Notes: generated by a model not told the origin, from the letters alone. A DNA stretch of 64,000 nucleotides from Bacillales bacterium UBA6879 (GCA_002449135.1 DKCH01000021.1:2395-66394); one strand, 5' to 3'. Positions 8,264 through 18,421 are shown, numbered from the stretch's first letter. Numbers and translations: made by a program.

Positions 8264-9031
8264 ATGATGGATTTATTTTATAGATTATTAATTTTCACAT
8301 TAGCGTTAGTTTTTATTCTTGTTACTTATTTATTAAAAAATAACAATAATACCAGTGCTATCATAGTTTTAATAATATCGGTAATATTATTAATATGGAA
8401 ATGCCAAGAATTTTCAATAAATATAAAAAACAATAGTGTTTATCCAATTGAATTTAGCCATATTTCTTATTTTGTGCTTTCAATTATAGCAATACTCGGT
8501 TTAAAACCACTTTACCTTTTTGGTGGAAGCTGTGGATTAATTTCTGGAATAGGTTATTACATAACTTTTTTTATCAGTCCACAAGTAATGCAGCAAACAA
8601 TGACTACTCCAATTTTAAATAAAGGATTAATTTCTCATAGTTTTTTATTTTTTGCTGGTTTGTTATTAATTTTTAATATAAAGAAATTTAAAATTAAAGA
8701 ATACTATTTTAGTTTCATTGGTTTATCTTTAATATATTTATACGGATTTTTAGCTTTAAATAAAATAATTTTTCCTAATGCTAAGTCTTCTAATTACGTC
8801 TTTTTAAATTTCTTGAGTGCTTATTATCTTTCTTATTTAACTGGCACTATTAATAATCCTTTATATCTAAAAGTTATTTTTGTAATTTTCACTTTTATAG
8901 TAGTTTCCTCTACCACTTATCTTTTTTATATTTTAAATCAAAAGTTTAAAACAACAAAAGATGCTAAAATTAATGGGATATTTACATTTTTTGAGCTATA
9001 CAAACTCAAAAACAGAAAGGAAAACATTTAA
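8264..9031 (+). CDS. Polytopic membrane protein, unknown function
   Basis: 255 aa with ~7 hydrophobic helices. A promoter-like TTGTCA-17-TAAAAT lies upstream. Confidence 0.5.
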   Translation: MMDLFYRLLIFTLALVFILVTYLLKNNNNTSAIIVLIISVILLIWKCQEFSINIKNNSVYPIEFSHISYFVLSIIAILGLKPLYLFGGSCGLISGIGYYITFFISPQVMQQTMTTPILNKGLISHSFLFFAGLLLIFNIKKFKIKEYYFSFIGLSLIYLYGFLALNKIIFPNAKSSNYVFLNFLSAYYLSYLTGTINNPLYLKVIFVIFTFIVVSSTTYLFYILNQKFKTTKDAKINGIFTFFELYKLKNRKENI

Positions 9032-9039
9032 TTATTTAT

Positions 9040-10065
9040 ATGAAAATATTGTTTATCACATTAATTATTTTATGTTTATTATTTATTATTTATTTTCTCT
9101 TTGCACTTTTTATAACTATAAATATAAACAAAGTAATAACTGGTCAACGAGGAAAAGATCCTGATAATCCATGTTACTTGCAATATAAAGATTATCAAGA
9201 TGTTCTAAATAGAGAACAATACGAAATGACCTTTAATAAAGCTAAAATTAGAGGATATATATATACAGATAAAAGAATTAATAAATTTAAAGGTTTTATC
9301 ATCCTAAGTCATGGTTTTTTTGGTACACATATTCAATATCTTTTAGATATATCTTTACTTGCAAAAAATGGCTACAAAGTCTTAGCTTATGATCAATATG
9401 GCAATGGTCTTTCAGAAGGTAAAAATCAAAAATCATTAGCAACAGGCATTTACTTACTAGATAAAATAATTACTGATGTTGAACAAAAGAAATTAAATAA
9501 AAATCTACCATTAATTTTATATGGCCACTCCTGGGGTGGATATTCAGTAATAGGGGCTTTAAAAAATCATCCTGAAATTTATAAATGTGTTTCACGCTCA
9601 GGAATTGTTTCACCATTAAAAGCTACAAGTAATCTTTTTAAAATTCGCAATCCAAAATTATATAAATTCGTTGGATTCTTAATTTCATTTTGCTCATATT
9701 TTATTTATGGATTCAAAGGCTCATTAAAATCTACTATTGGATTAAAAAAGAATCATAAAACTAAAACTTTAATAATATATGCTGATAATGACAACATGGT
9801 AAATAAAGGAAACTCTTTGGCTTACTATTATTTAAAACACCCTCAAGATAATGTTGAAGTTTTTATTACTAAACTAGGAAAACATAATTCAATTTTATTA
9901 GAAACAGGACAAGAAAACTATCATAAAAAATTAAAAGAATACAAAGAATTACTAAAAAAGAATGATGATCAAGAATTACAAAATTTCACAAATTCTTTAA
10001 ATAGAATCTCTTTGTATCCATATAATGAAGAAGTGTCTAATAAAATACTTAGTTTTCTAAATTGA
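9040..10065 (+). CDS. Alpha/beta-hydrolase fold esterase/lipase with N-terminal membrane anchor
   Basis: N-terminal TM segment. HGFFG oxyanion-hole motif and GHSWGG nucleophile elbow (GxSxG). Confidence 0.65.
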   Translation: MKILFITLIILCLLFIIYFLFALFITININKVITGQRGKDPDNPCYLQYKDYQDVLNREQYEMTFNKAKIRGYIYTDKRINKFKGFIILSHGFFGTHIQYLLDISLLAKNGYKVLAYDQYGNGLSEGKNQKSLATGIYLLDKIITDVEQKKLNKNLPLILYGHSWGGYSVIGALKNHPEIYKCVSRSGIVSPLKATSNLFKIRNPKLYKFVGFLISFCSYFIYGFKGSLKSTIGLKKNHKTKTLIIYADNDNMVNKGNSLAYYYLKHPQDNVEVFITKLGKHNSILLETGQENYHKKLKEYKELLKKNDDQELQNFTNSLNRISLYPYNEEVSNKILSFLN

Positions 10066-10143
10066 TAAAAAATTAACCTATTTTATAATTTAATCATATT
10101 TTTTTTGATATAATTTAATAAAAAGAGAGGAGCTTAATTTTAT

Positions 10144-11964
10144 ATGCCAATTAAAAATAGCGAATGCTTTGATCCGGTTGATTATTATATAAATGAGCTG
10201 GCCCCTAAATTAGAGGATAATGCTAAAAATTTTTTTGATAAACTTGTAAAAGATAATAAAATAGATGTTAATGCCAACAATCACACCTCCGAACAAATTA
10301 ATATTTATCAAAAAAAATCAAATGATTGTACAAAAAGTATTAAGAATTTTAGTATATTAAACATTTTTATCATTATTTTAATTGTAGTTTTTATTTTCTT
10401 TATTATCTTTGGTGCTTTTAAAATATTTAATAATGAAACAAATAACACTTATATAATTTTTCTAGTATTAGGTATCTTAGGTTTAATAGCTAGCATTATC
10501 GGTTTATATTTTTTAACTAAAAAGATTAAAAAGTTAAAAAAAGAAGGTTGTGGTTTAAAAGATAAACTTAATGAACTATATAAAGAGGCAGATATTCAAT
10601 TAAGTGCCTTAAAAACTTCTTTTAAATTTAATGACTTTAATAACATTTTTAGAAAATCCACATCCATTTTTGATATTGATGATTATCTAAAACCTGAAAA
10701 GCTTTTACTTTTAAAAAATGTTTATGACTATGTTGATGATTTTACAGATAAAGAATCTATTGTAAGTTGTTTATCTGGTGAAGTAAATACTAATCCTTTT
10801 TTAAGAGTTAGAGTTTACCATCAAGATATGAGAGATAAAGTCTATACAGGTACAAAAGTAGTTACATATATAGTAGATGATACAGATTCTAAAGGCAATT
10901 TAGTTACAAGAACTGTTACTGAAACTTTGGTAGCTAATATAACTAAACCAGCTCCATATTATGACTATGCTACTTTTACAATCTATGGTAATATGGCTGC
11001 ACCTAATTTAACTTTTTCACGTCATCCAGTTGTTCCATTTAATGCTAGTGAAAAAGAAATAAATAGAATTGTAAAAAAAGGTGAAAAGACCTTAAATAGA
11101 TTAACAGATCAAGCAATAAAATCAGGAAAATCATTTACCAGTTTAGCAAATACTGAATTTGAGACATTATTTGGTGCTTATAATCGTACAAATGAAACAG
11201 AATATCGTTTACTATTTACTCCATTAGCTCAGCAAAATACTTTAGAAATTATAAAAGGCAAAGCTGGTTACGGCGATGATTTTTCTTTTTATAAAAAAGG
11301 TAAAATAAATATAATTAATTCCAGTCATGGTCCATCTATTCCTGATTATTCTGAAGGAAGTTATTCATACTTTTACTCTTCAAATATGATGAAAGATGCT
11401 TTTGTTAATGATATTTGCAATATTGCTAAATCTATGTATTTTGAATTATCACCAATTTTAGCTATTCCACTTTATCAATTAACAGAAGCTGGATCTTTTG
11501 ATCCGAAAAAAGAACTGCTACCTAATGTTGATAAATATGAAACAGAAACTATTGCAAATAAGATGAACAAATCATTATTTATGCCAGAAGATGCTAAAAC
11601 ACCTCAAATATTAAAAGTAAAATTTAAAAAGAAAGTGAATAAAAATGATATATACAATGTAGCATCACACGCTTTTACTATCGAAATATTATGTGAAATG
11701 GTTCCTGTAATGGCTGGGAATGGTCAAGTATATTTAGTACCTGTTTATTATGATAATTACATACCAGTAAGTAGAAACACAGAAATTATTGTTAGAGAAT
11801 TTGATAGAACCAAATTAAGTAATCTTTTAAAAGATGATATTGATTCTTCTTTAGTTGGTCCTACAATTAATAAAAACTTTTTATCTTTTTTCTACAATGG
11901 AACACAAAATCAAGATGTAGATAAAATTTTAGAGCAATTAGAAGAAAAAATTGATAAAATATAA
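10144..11964 (+). CDS. Two-TM membrane protein with a large (~480 aa) soluble domain of unknown function
   Basis: 606 aa. Two hydrophobic helices at ~aa 69-125. Good RBS AGAGGAG. No recognisable catalytic motifs. Immediately upstream of the LemA gene. Confidence 0.5.
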   Translation: MPIKNSECFDPVDYYINELAPKLEDNAKNFFDKLVKDNKIDVNANNHTSEQINIYQKKSNDCTKSIKNFSILNIFIIILIVVFIFFIIFGAFKIFNNETNNTYIIFLVLGILGLIASIIGLYFLTKKIKKLKKEGCGLKDKLNELYKEADIQLSALKTSFKFNDFNNIFRKSTSIFDIDDYLKPEKLLLLKNVYDYVDDFTDKESIVSCLSGEVNTNPFLRVRVYHQDMRDKVYTGTKVVTYIVDDTDSKGNLVTRTVTETLVANITKPAPYYDYATFTIYGNMAAPNLTFSRHPVVPFNASEKEINRIVKKGEKTLNRLTDQAIKSGKSFTSLANTEFETLFGAYNRTNETEYRLLFTPLAQQNTLEIIKGKAGYGDDFSFYKKGKINIINSSHGPSIPDYSEGSYSYFYSSNMMKDAFVNDICNIAKSMYFELSPILAIPLYQLTEAGSFDPKKELLPNVDKYETETIANKMNKSLFMPEDAKTPQILKVKFKKKVNKNDIYNVASHAFTIEILCEMVPVMAGNGQVYLVPVYYDNYIPVSRNTEIIVREFDRTKLSNLLKDDIDSSLVGPTINKNFLSFFYNGTQNQDVDKILEQLEEKIDKI

Positions 11965-11984
11965 AAAAGGAAGGAGCAATATTT

Positions 11985-12665
11985 ATGGCTAATGAATTAG
12001 ATGAAATTAATGGTCCAGTTAATACCAAAGGAAGAGATGTTAATGTTATAGAAAAACAAATTCCAGTTAAGGTTGGAGTTGGCTCAAAAGTCTTTGAAGT
12101 TTTATTATGGGTTTGTGGAATCATTCCAGGTTTAATTTTCCTTCTTATGAAAATTAACGCTGGTACTTACTTACGTAGTTTACAACAAAGGGTCCAACAT
12201 GATGCATCACAGATTGATAACTACTTAGAACAAAGAGTTCAAATTTTAAAGAATGCTGCTAAATTATTAGATAAAGCTATTGATCTTGATAAAGACGTAA
12301 TGACTAAGGTTGCTGCTTATAGAGGGGGAACTTCACCAAATTCTTTAGAAAATGGTGATGCAAATAGAAATATAGCTTCCGCTAATATTGATAAATTATT
12401 TGGTCAAGTTTCTGTCGCCTTTGAAAAATATCCTGATTTAAAATCTCATCAAGAAATTGAGGATTGTTTAAATCAAAATGCATATTTACAAAAAGAAATC
12501 ACTGCTGCTAGAGAACTTTATAACGACACAGTCTTTAAGTGGAATTCTGAAATTCAAAAATGGCCTACTAAAATGATTGTAGCTGCTAAAAATGGTTATA
12601 CAACTAGAATTCCATTCTCTGCTTCTGAAGAAGTTAAAAATCAAGCACGAGAAACTTTCTTCTAA
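11985..12665 (+). CDS. LemA family membrane protein
   Basis: RBS AAGGAGCA. Single TM helix followed by the LemA-type C-terminal region (…YNDTVFKWNSEIQKWPTKMIVAAKNGYTTRIPF). Confidence 0.7.
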   Translation: MANELDEINGPVNTKGRDVNVIEKQIPVKVGVGSKVFEVLLWVCGIIPGLIFLLMKINAGTYLRSLQQRVQHDASQIDNYLEQRVQILKNAAKLLDKAIDLDKDVMTKVAAYRGGTSPNSLENGDANRNIASANIDKLFGQVSVAFEKYPDLKSHQEIEDCLNQNAYLQKEITAARELYNDTVFKWNSEIQKWPTKMIVAAKNGYTTRIPFSASEEVKNQARETFF

Positions 12666-12694
12666 ATTTATTTCTAAACTCTCAACTATTATTT

Positions 12695-12726
12695 GGCGTA
12701 GCAATTATTGCTACGCCTTTTATTTT
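12695..12726. terminator. Rho-independent terminator between convergent genes
   Basis: GGCGTAGCAATTATTGCTACGCC hairpin followed by TTTTATTTT. Confidence 0.6.
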
Positions 12727-12731
12727 AAATA

Positions 12732-14483
12732 CTATTTTCTTCTTTTTCTTTTAATATGTTTTTTCTTGGATTTATTTAAAATTACAATTAAAATCACTAA
12801 AAATATAACTATTAAAAGAACACAGCCAGCATAAATTAAATAATCTTGAGTTTCTAATTTTAAAGTAATATTTATTGTTCCAACTTCTTTAACATTATTA
12901 TATTCATCTTGATAACTTATTTTAACTACTTGAGTTCCTTGTTTAAAAATATTATTAGGTTTAATTTGACCATCAGGCAATACACTAAATAATGAATTAT
13001 CTGTATTAAAGAAAATCTTATCAGATGCATAAGTATTTTCTAATTTAATAAAATACTTTTTAGCAAAAGGAGAAGGAGAAATAACAATATCATTACTGCT
13101 AGTTGCTAAAACAACATCTTTCTTAACATTAAAAACAGTTTGGATATTTGCTTCCATTGTAGATTCTTCAGTTTGCTTACTAAGTTTAAACTCTACAATC
13201 TGTTTTCCTTCTTTTAATGGAGTAACGTTTCTAAAATCATTACTAAATTGTATTACCCCACTATCTTCAAAAGATACAGATACTTTAACATCATCTGGTA
13301 TATCTAATACTAGATTTGAAGAAAGATGTAAATTATAATTTTCTTTAATTAAACTATCTAGATTATTAAGTTTAAAGTTTTTATCAAAAACTCTTCTAGC
13401 TAGTTCAGGATAATCTATATATGGATTACGATTATTTTGAACATTAAAATAAATTAAATTATTTCTTGTTATTTCATAATCACTTACAGGATCAAGTTCA
13501 TTCCAATTTAAAAAAGTAGAAAGATTATGATGAACTCCATGATAATTCTTTACATCATCAGTTAAATTATCATCATCAGTTAAAAGCAAATATGGTTCTT
13601 TTTCCGTATTAGTTTCTAATTTTTTAGAATATCTAGTTCCCATATAAAGTAAAGCACGGGCAACATCACCCTTATATAGATCTACTGGTTCAAAAACTGT
13701 TTCATTTCCATTTTTTTCTTTACCAACATACCCACTTACACTTTTAGTTCCATCAGCATAGTAACAATAAACTGCATTTTCAGCGTTTTTTTGATCATCA
13801 GCTACTTCACCATAATAGTTATTATTATGCAAAACATTAGTATTATGGTCAGCAGCAATTAAATGATGTAAATCCGTTCCTGCGCCTTCTATTGGGTCAC
13901 CAGTCGGAGAAAAGCCATGACTTTTAGCCCATACATGTTCCTTATCAACCTGAATATTAATATTATTTTTCTTTTTATTAGTCCAATCAATATAAGTAAG
14001 TTTACTATCAACGTTCTCTTTACCTTTTATGCCATTAACATCTGTATTAATTTGTTTTTCTTTAGTACTATTATCATTAAAATACAAAAGATTTAAATAA
14101 TAACTATCTTTCTTGTCTTGACTAAAAGTATAAGTATTTGGATCGATTTCTTTAGAAAGTTCCCAATTTCGATCAGTAATTTTATACCAATTAGTTACAC
14201 CAGTAGAATAGCTAGTAATAAAATGATTATCTTTAGAAATCACAGTATATAAATAATTTTTTAAGTCTTCTCCAACCAAATTTGAAAAGCTTCCATAATA
14301 AGTTGTTAATTGACTATCATCAAAAAGTGGGGAATTATCCTTATTGGGTACCACAAGCTTAAGACTAGAGTCATAATATCTTCCCTGAAATGAAGATTTT
14401 TTCGCATCTAAAATATTAGTATTAAAATTTAGTGTAGGTAATATCAATAAAGTTAATAATAGTTGTTTCATCTTCCTTATCAT
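12732..14483 (-). CDS. Secreted/membrane-anchored endonuclease I family nuclease
   Basis: N-terminal signal peptide. EHVWAKSHGF and DLHHLIAADHNTNVLHNN match the Endonuclease_1 (Vvn/EndA) EHVWP and DLHNLxPAxxxxNxxRSN motifs. A C-terminal hydrophobic anchor plus a poly-K/R tail is present. Confidence 0.65.
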   Translation of the reverse strand: MIRKMKQLLLTLLILPTLNFNTNILDAKKSSFQGRYYDSSLKLVVPNKDNSPLFDDSQLTTYYGSFSNLVGEDLKNYLYTVISKDNHFITSYSTGVTNWYKITDRNWELSKEIDPNTYTFSQDKKDSYYLNLLYFNDNSTKEKQINTDVNGIKGKENVDSKLTYIDWTNKKKNNINIQVDKEHVWAKSHGFSPTGDPIEGAGTDLHHLIAADHNTNVLHNNNYYGEVADDQKNAENAVYCYYADGTKSVSGYVGKEKNGNETVFEPVDLYKGDVARALLYMGTRYSKKLETNTEKEPYLLLTDDDNLTDDVKNYHGVHHNLSTFLNWNELDPVSDYEITRNNLIYFNVQNNRNPYIDYPELARRVFDKNFKLNNLDSLIKENYNLHLSSNLVLDIPDDVKVSVSFEDSGVIQFSNDFRNVTPLKEGKQIVEFKLSKQTEESTMEANIQTVFNVKKDVVLATSSNDIVISPSPFAKKYFIKLENTYASDKIFFNTDNSLFSVLPDGQIKPNNIFKQGTQVVKISYQDEYNNVKEVGTINITLKLETQDYLIYAGCVLLIVIFLVILIVILNKSKKKHIKRKRRK

Positions 14484-14588
14484 ATCAAATAATTAGTTTT
14501 TTAACTAATATTTGAAATAAAATGTATAGAAAATTTATAATTGATTTACAAAGTCTTTACAATTTTGATATTATAAAAGTGTTTTATT

Positions 14589-15782
14589 ATGAGCTTTATA
14601 ACCTTTAATATCTTTGAATCAGTAGCCCATAATGCACTTTCAATTGGAGAATTTTTCCAATTAATAAGTCATTCACCACTTATTTTAATTACTATTTTAA
14701 TTTCCCTAGGTGTTGTCTTTATTAATGGCTGGACCGATGCACCAAATGCTGTTGCTACATGTATTTCTACACGTGCCCTTTCTGCTAAAAAAGCAATTAT
14801 TCTTTCTGCAGTTTTTAATTTTATTGGCGTTTTACTTTTTTCTTTATTTGCTGCAAAAGTAGCTGATACTATTGCTGGAATCGTTGACTTTGGAAATTTT
14901 GATCATAATGATAGCAATTCAATTTCTAATGCTAAAAATGCATTAGTAGGTCTTTCAGCTGGAATGGTTGGGGTTGTTTGCTGGGGTGTTCTTGCTTGGG
15001 TTTTTGGAATTCCTTCTAGTGAATCTCATGCTTTAGTTGCTGGCTTAACTGGTGCATGTTTTGCCTTAATAGCTATGGGTAAAAACGCCACTCCAGGTTC
15101 TTCAGCATGGATTGATGTTGGTATCGGTTTTTTAGTTTCTTCAATTTTAGGCTTACTTTTAGGATTTATTATTACCAAAACAATTGAAAAAATATGCTTT
15201 AAAATGACAAGAAAAAAGACAACTGTATTCTTTAAATGGGCACAAATTACTGCTTCTGCTGGAATGAGTTTAGCTCATGGTGCTCAAGATGGTTTAAAAT
15301 TCATCGGTGTTATTTATCTTTGTTTATATTTAGGAACCGTTGCTTATCCTAATGTAACTTCAATCACTTTAAATAATCCAAATAGTGCTGATTTTTCATT
15401 AAATTTTATTTCCACTCCTACATTCTTATGGCTTCCTATACTAGTTTCAATAGTTATGGGTTTAGGAACTTCAATCGGTGGTTATCGTATTATTAAAAAA
15501 GTTGGTATGGGTATGGTTGATTTACAATCCTATCAAGGCTTTGCTACTGACATCTCCGCTTTTGTTTCTTTAATTTTAGCCTCGACCTGTGGTTGGCCAG
15601 TTTCTACTAGTCAAGTAAAAACTTTTTCTATCATTGGTGTTGGACTTTCTAGAAATAGGAAAGCTGTTAATTGGAAAATAGTTATTGATATGATGTTAAC
15701 GTGGATTTTCACTTTTCCAGGCTGTATCCTCATTGGCTTTATTATGACTTATATTTTATTTTCAATACCAGGAATTATTTAA
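14589..15782 (+). CDS. Inorganic phosphate transporter, PiT family
   Basis: Polytopic protein. GWTDAPNAVAT matches the PHO4 GANDVANA signature. Followed by a DUF47 partner gene. Confidence 0.85.
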   Translation: MSFITFNIFESVAHNALSIGEFFQLISHSPLILITILISLGVVFINGWTDAPNAVATCISTRALSAKKAIILSAVFNFIGVLLFSLFAAKVADTIAGIVDFGNFDHNDSNSISNAKNALVGLSAGMVGVVCWGVLAWVFGIPSSESHALVAGLTGACFALIAMGKNATPGSSAWIDVGIGFLVSSILGLLLGFIITKTIEKICFKMTRKKTTVFFKWAQITASAGMSLAHGAQDGLKFIGVIYLCLYLGTVAYPNVTSITLNNPNSADFSLNFISTPTFLWLPILVSIVMGLGTSIGGYRIIKKVGMGMVDLQSYQGFATDISAFVSLILASTCGWPVSTSQVKTFSIIGVGLSRNRKAVNWKIVIDMMLTWIFTFPGCILIGFIMTYILFSIPGII

Positions 15783-15796
15783 AAGGAGAAAAAGGT

Positions 15797-16432
15797 ATGT
15801 ATTTATTTAAGAAAAAAGAAAATTATTTCTTTGAACAATTTGTAAAAGTTAGTGAATTTTCATTAGATGCTATTAAAACATTAAAAGCTGGTTTAGAAAA
15901 CTTTAAGCCTGAAAATACTTTAGAATTAAAAAATAAAGTTCATCAAATTGAACATAACGCCGACTTAGTTAAACATGAAGTAGAAGAAAGACTCGCCAAA
16001 GAATTTATTACTCCAATTGATCGAGAAGATATTTTTTTACTTCTAAATAATATTGATGATTTAACTGATGCTATAGATGAAATCTCTTATAAAATCTATG
16101 TTAGAAACTATCAAACTCTTCCACATAATATAAATATTTTTTTATCCCAGGCTTATGATGGTATCGTAGCAGTAATTGAGCTTTTAAAAAATCTTTCATC
16201 CTTTAACAATAAAAAAATACTTGATCCATTAATTGAAAAAATAAGAGACATAGAAGAAAAAACGGATCATCTATATGAAGAAAATGTCCATGCACTATAT
16301 ATTCAAGAAAACAATTTAAACTATCGGCAAATAGTTCTTACCGAAAAAATCTATTCAATGTTTGAATATGTAACTGATAAATGCCGAGATATTACAAAAA
16401 CTGTCTCGATTATCATGTATAAAAATTTGTAA
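15797..16432 (+). CDS. PhoU-like DUF47 family protein (PiT-associated)
   Basis: ATG at 15797 is preceded by AAAGGAGAAAAAGG. The ORF-track start at 15701 overlaps PiT and lacks an RBS. The conserved pit-DUF47 pairing supports the call. Confidence 0.75.
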   Translation: MYLFKKKENYFFEQFVKVSEFSLDAIKTLKAGLENFKPENTLELKNKVHQIEHNADLVKHEVEERLAKEFITPIDREDIFLLLNNIDDLTDAIDEISYKIYVRNYQTLPHNINIFLSQAYDGIVAVIELLKNLSSFNNKKILDPLIEKIRDIEEKTDHLYEENVHALYIQENNLNYRQIVLTEKIYSMFEYVTDKCRDITKTVSIIMYKNL

Positions 16433-16638
16433 AATTGTAAGTAATTTTCTTTAAAAATTTTTTAAAATCAAATACTATTTATTTAAAATAAAGAAAGCTA
16501 TGAAAAAACTCGTAATCATTGGCTTTCTTTTTTTTGTAGTAGTTTTTTAGTAAAGTTAGTATTTTTCTTACATTTTTATTTTCATATTTTTTAGAATTTT
16601 TTTCTTGTTATAATCAACTTACCTTCGAAAGGAAAAGT

Positions 16639-17874
16639 ATGGAAAAGACCTATTTAGCTATCGACTTAAAAAGTTTTTATGCCTCATGTGAATGTAAAGA
16701 TCGTAACCTTGATCCTTTTACTACTCCTTTAGTAGTTGCCGATGTTTCTAGAGGCAATGGTACTATTATTATGGCAGTTAGTCCTTATCTAAAGACTCTA
16801 AATATCCCTTCGCGTTTAAGACTTTATGAATTACCTAAAATCAAGGGTATGATTTACGCTAAACCTAGAATGGAAAGATACATAAAAATGAGTTTAGAAG
16901 TAATTAAAGTTTATTTAAATCATGTTGCTAAAGAGGATTTACATATCTACTCTATTGATGAGGCAATTTTAGATGTCACACATTACTTAAATGGAGAAGA
17001 TAAAAAAGTATATGCCAAAAAAATAATTGATGAAGTTTATAAAAAAACTGGTCTTACAGTTACTTGTGGAATTGGCCCAAACATGCTTCTAGCTAAAGTT
17101 AGTATGGATATAGAAGCAAAACATGTTAAAGATAATATTGCTTGCTGGAATTTAGATGATATTAAAACAAAACTTTGGAACATTAAACCACTTTCTAAAA
17201 TGTGGGGGATTGGTCATAATCTTGAAAAAAGATTAAATAATTTAGGAATCTATTCTATTGGCGAATTAGCTTGTTCTTCTAAAAAAATGTTAAAAGACAT
17301 TTTCGGAGTAATTGGTGAACAATTACATGAACATGCAAATGGAATAGATGATTCTGATATTAGAAAACCATATATAAGTCAAAACAAATCACTATCTGTT
17401 GGTCAAACCTTATTTTCAGATTACAATTTGGAAGATACACATTTACTATTAACTGAAATGCTAGATGAATTAATTATCCGCTTAAAAGAAAAAAACTATC
17501 TAACTAGTAAAATAGGCTTATGCGTTGGCTATTCTAATCACTCTTCTGGCTTTGGTAAATGCATTCCTTTTTCTAATCCCACTAACTCATATTTTGAATT
17601 ACTAAATGCTTTAGAAAAAATTTTATATACTTACTTTGATACCTCTAAAAACGCTAGATCTATTTATCTAGTAGCTAGTGAACTAACTAGCGATAAATAC
17701 TATCAAATATCATTATTCGATGAAGAAAAAAAGGAAGAAGAAAGAAAACTTTTTCAAACAGTTTATCAATTAAAAAAACAATTTGGAAAAGAAAAAATCA
17801 TTCGTGCATCATCCTTGCTTTCTAAATCTAATGCCTTGAGAAGAATGAAACAAATAGGAGGACATGCTAAATGA
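16639..17874 (+). CDS. Y-family translesion DNA polymerase, UmuC/YqjW/UvrX-like
   Basis: N-terminus LAIDLKSFYASCE (UmuC-type SFYASCE motif). 411 aa. An extended -10 TGTTATAAT at ~16603-16611 lies upstream. Confidence 0.85.
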   Translation: MEKTYLAIDLKSFYASCECKDRNLDPFTTPLVVADVSRGNGTIIMAVSPYLKTLNIPSRLRLYELPKIKGMIYAKPRMERYIKMSLEVIKVYLNHVAKEDLHIYSIDEAILDVTHYLNGEDKKVYAKKIIDEVYKKTGLTVTCGIGPNMLLAKVSMDIEAKHVKDNIACWNLDDIKTKLWNIKPLSKMWGIGHNLEKRLNNLGIYSIGELACSSKKMLKDIFGVIGEQLHEHANGIDDSDIRKPYISQNKSLSVGQTLFSDYNLEDTHLLLTEMLDELIIRLKEKNYLTSKIGLCVGYSNHSSGFGKCIPFSNPTNSYFELLNALEKILYTYFDTSKNARSIYLVASELTSDKYYQISLFDEEKKEEERKLFQTVYQLKKQFGKEKIIRASSLLSKSNALRRMKQIGGHAK

Positions 17875-18176
17875 GCAGAGGAATGAAAAAATGGGCGCCA
17901 TATGCTTCTTTACCTGAGTATGAAGACTTCTTAAATCAAATGTTACTTGAAAAAGAAAAAGTTGAAAAACCTCTTTTGTTTAATGATCAAATTGAACAAA
18001 ATTATAATATTCTTTCAAACTTATCCCAAGACAGCGAGATAATTTTAAAATATTATAAAGATGGTTTTATTTATAAAATAAAAGAAAAATTTATAAAATT
18101 AGACATATATAGTAAAAAAGCTTATTTTTCTAGTCTAACAATCAAGTTTGAAGATATAATAGAAATATATGATTAA
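17871..18176 (+). CDS. YolD-like accessory protein of Y-family polymerase
   Basis: Start overlaps the polymerase stop (ATGA). N-terminus RGMKKWAPYASLPEYE resembles the YolD RGxxKWxPFxxxPE motif. ~100 aa. Confidence 0.5.
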   Translation: MSRGMKKWAPYASLPEYEDFLNQMLLEKEKVEKPLLFNDQIEQNYNILSNLSQDSEIILKYYKDGFIYKIKEKFIKLDIYSKKAYFSSLTIKFEDIIEIYD

Positions 18177-18390
18177 ACCAAAAATAGTCCCTATAAGAAA
18201 AATATTAATAGATAATAAAACTGGTCTAGTACCTTCTGATAATATAAATGAATATAAATGTTATTTTAATAAAAAAGAAAAATGTTTTATTATAACTGAT
18301 GGGCATTTACAAGAAATTAGAAAATTTAAAACAGAAAAAGAAGCAAATAACTTTTTAAAAGAACATTATAAAAAGGCTAAAGAAAATTAA
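18169..18390 (+). CDS. Small basic hypothetical protein (third gene of polymerase cassette)
   Basis: 73 aa. ATG overlaps the upstream stop (ATGATTAA). Lys-rich. No recognisable domain. Confidence 0.35.
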   Translation: MIKPKIVPIRKILIDNKTGLVPSDNINEYKCYFNKKEKCFIITDGHLQEIRKFKTEKEANNFLKEHYKKAKEN

Positions 18391-18421
18391 TATATAGAGA
18401 ATGAAATAGTCAATAATTCTT

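Noticed and set aside
15701-15796. Upstream extension of the DUF47 gene given in the ORF track
   Set aside because: It overlaps the PiT gene by 80 nt in another frame and lacks an RBS. The internal ATG at 15797 has a strong AAAGGAGAAAAAGG RBS.
16490-16540. Possible terminator/attenuator AAAGAAAGC...GCTTTCTTTTTTTTG between the DUF47 gene and the polymerase gene
   Set aside because: The stem is 9 bp but the loop is ~23 nt, so the hairpin is weak. It may still function, but I am not confident enough to list it as a feature.
16560-16640. SOS (LexA/Cheo) box upstream of the Y-family polymerase
   Set aside because: No GAAC-N4-GTTC palindrome found. Only a TTCGAA palindrome that does not fit the consensus.
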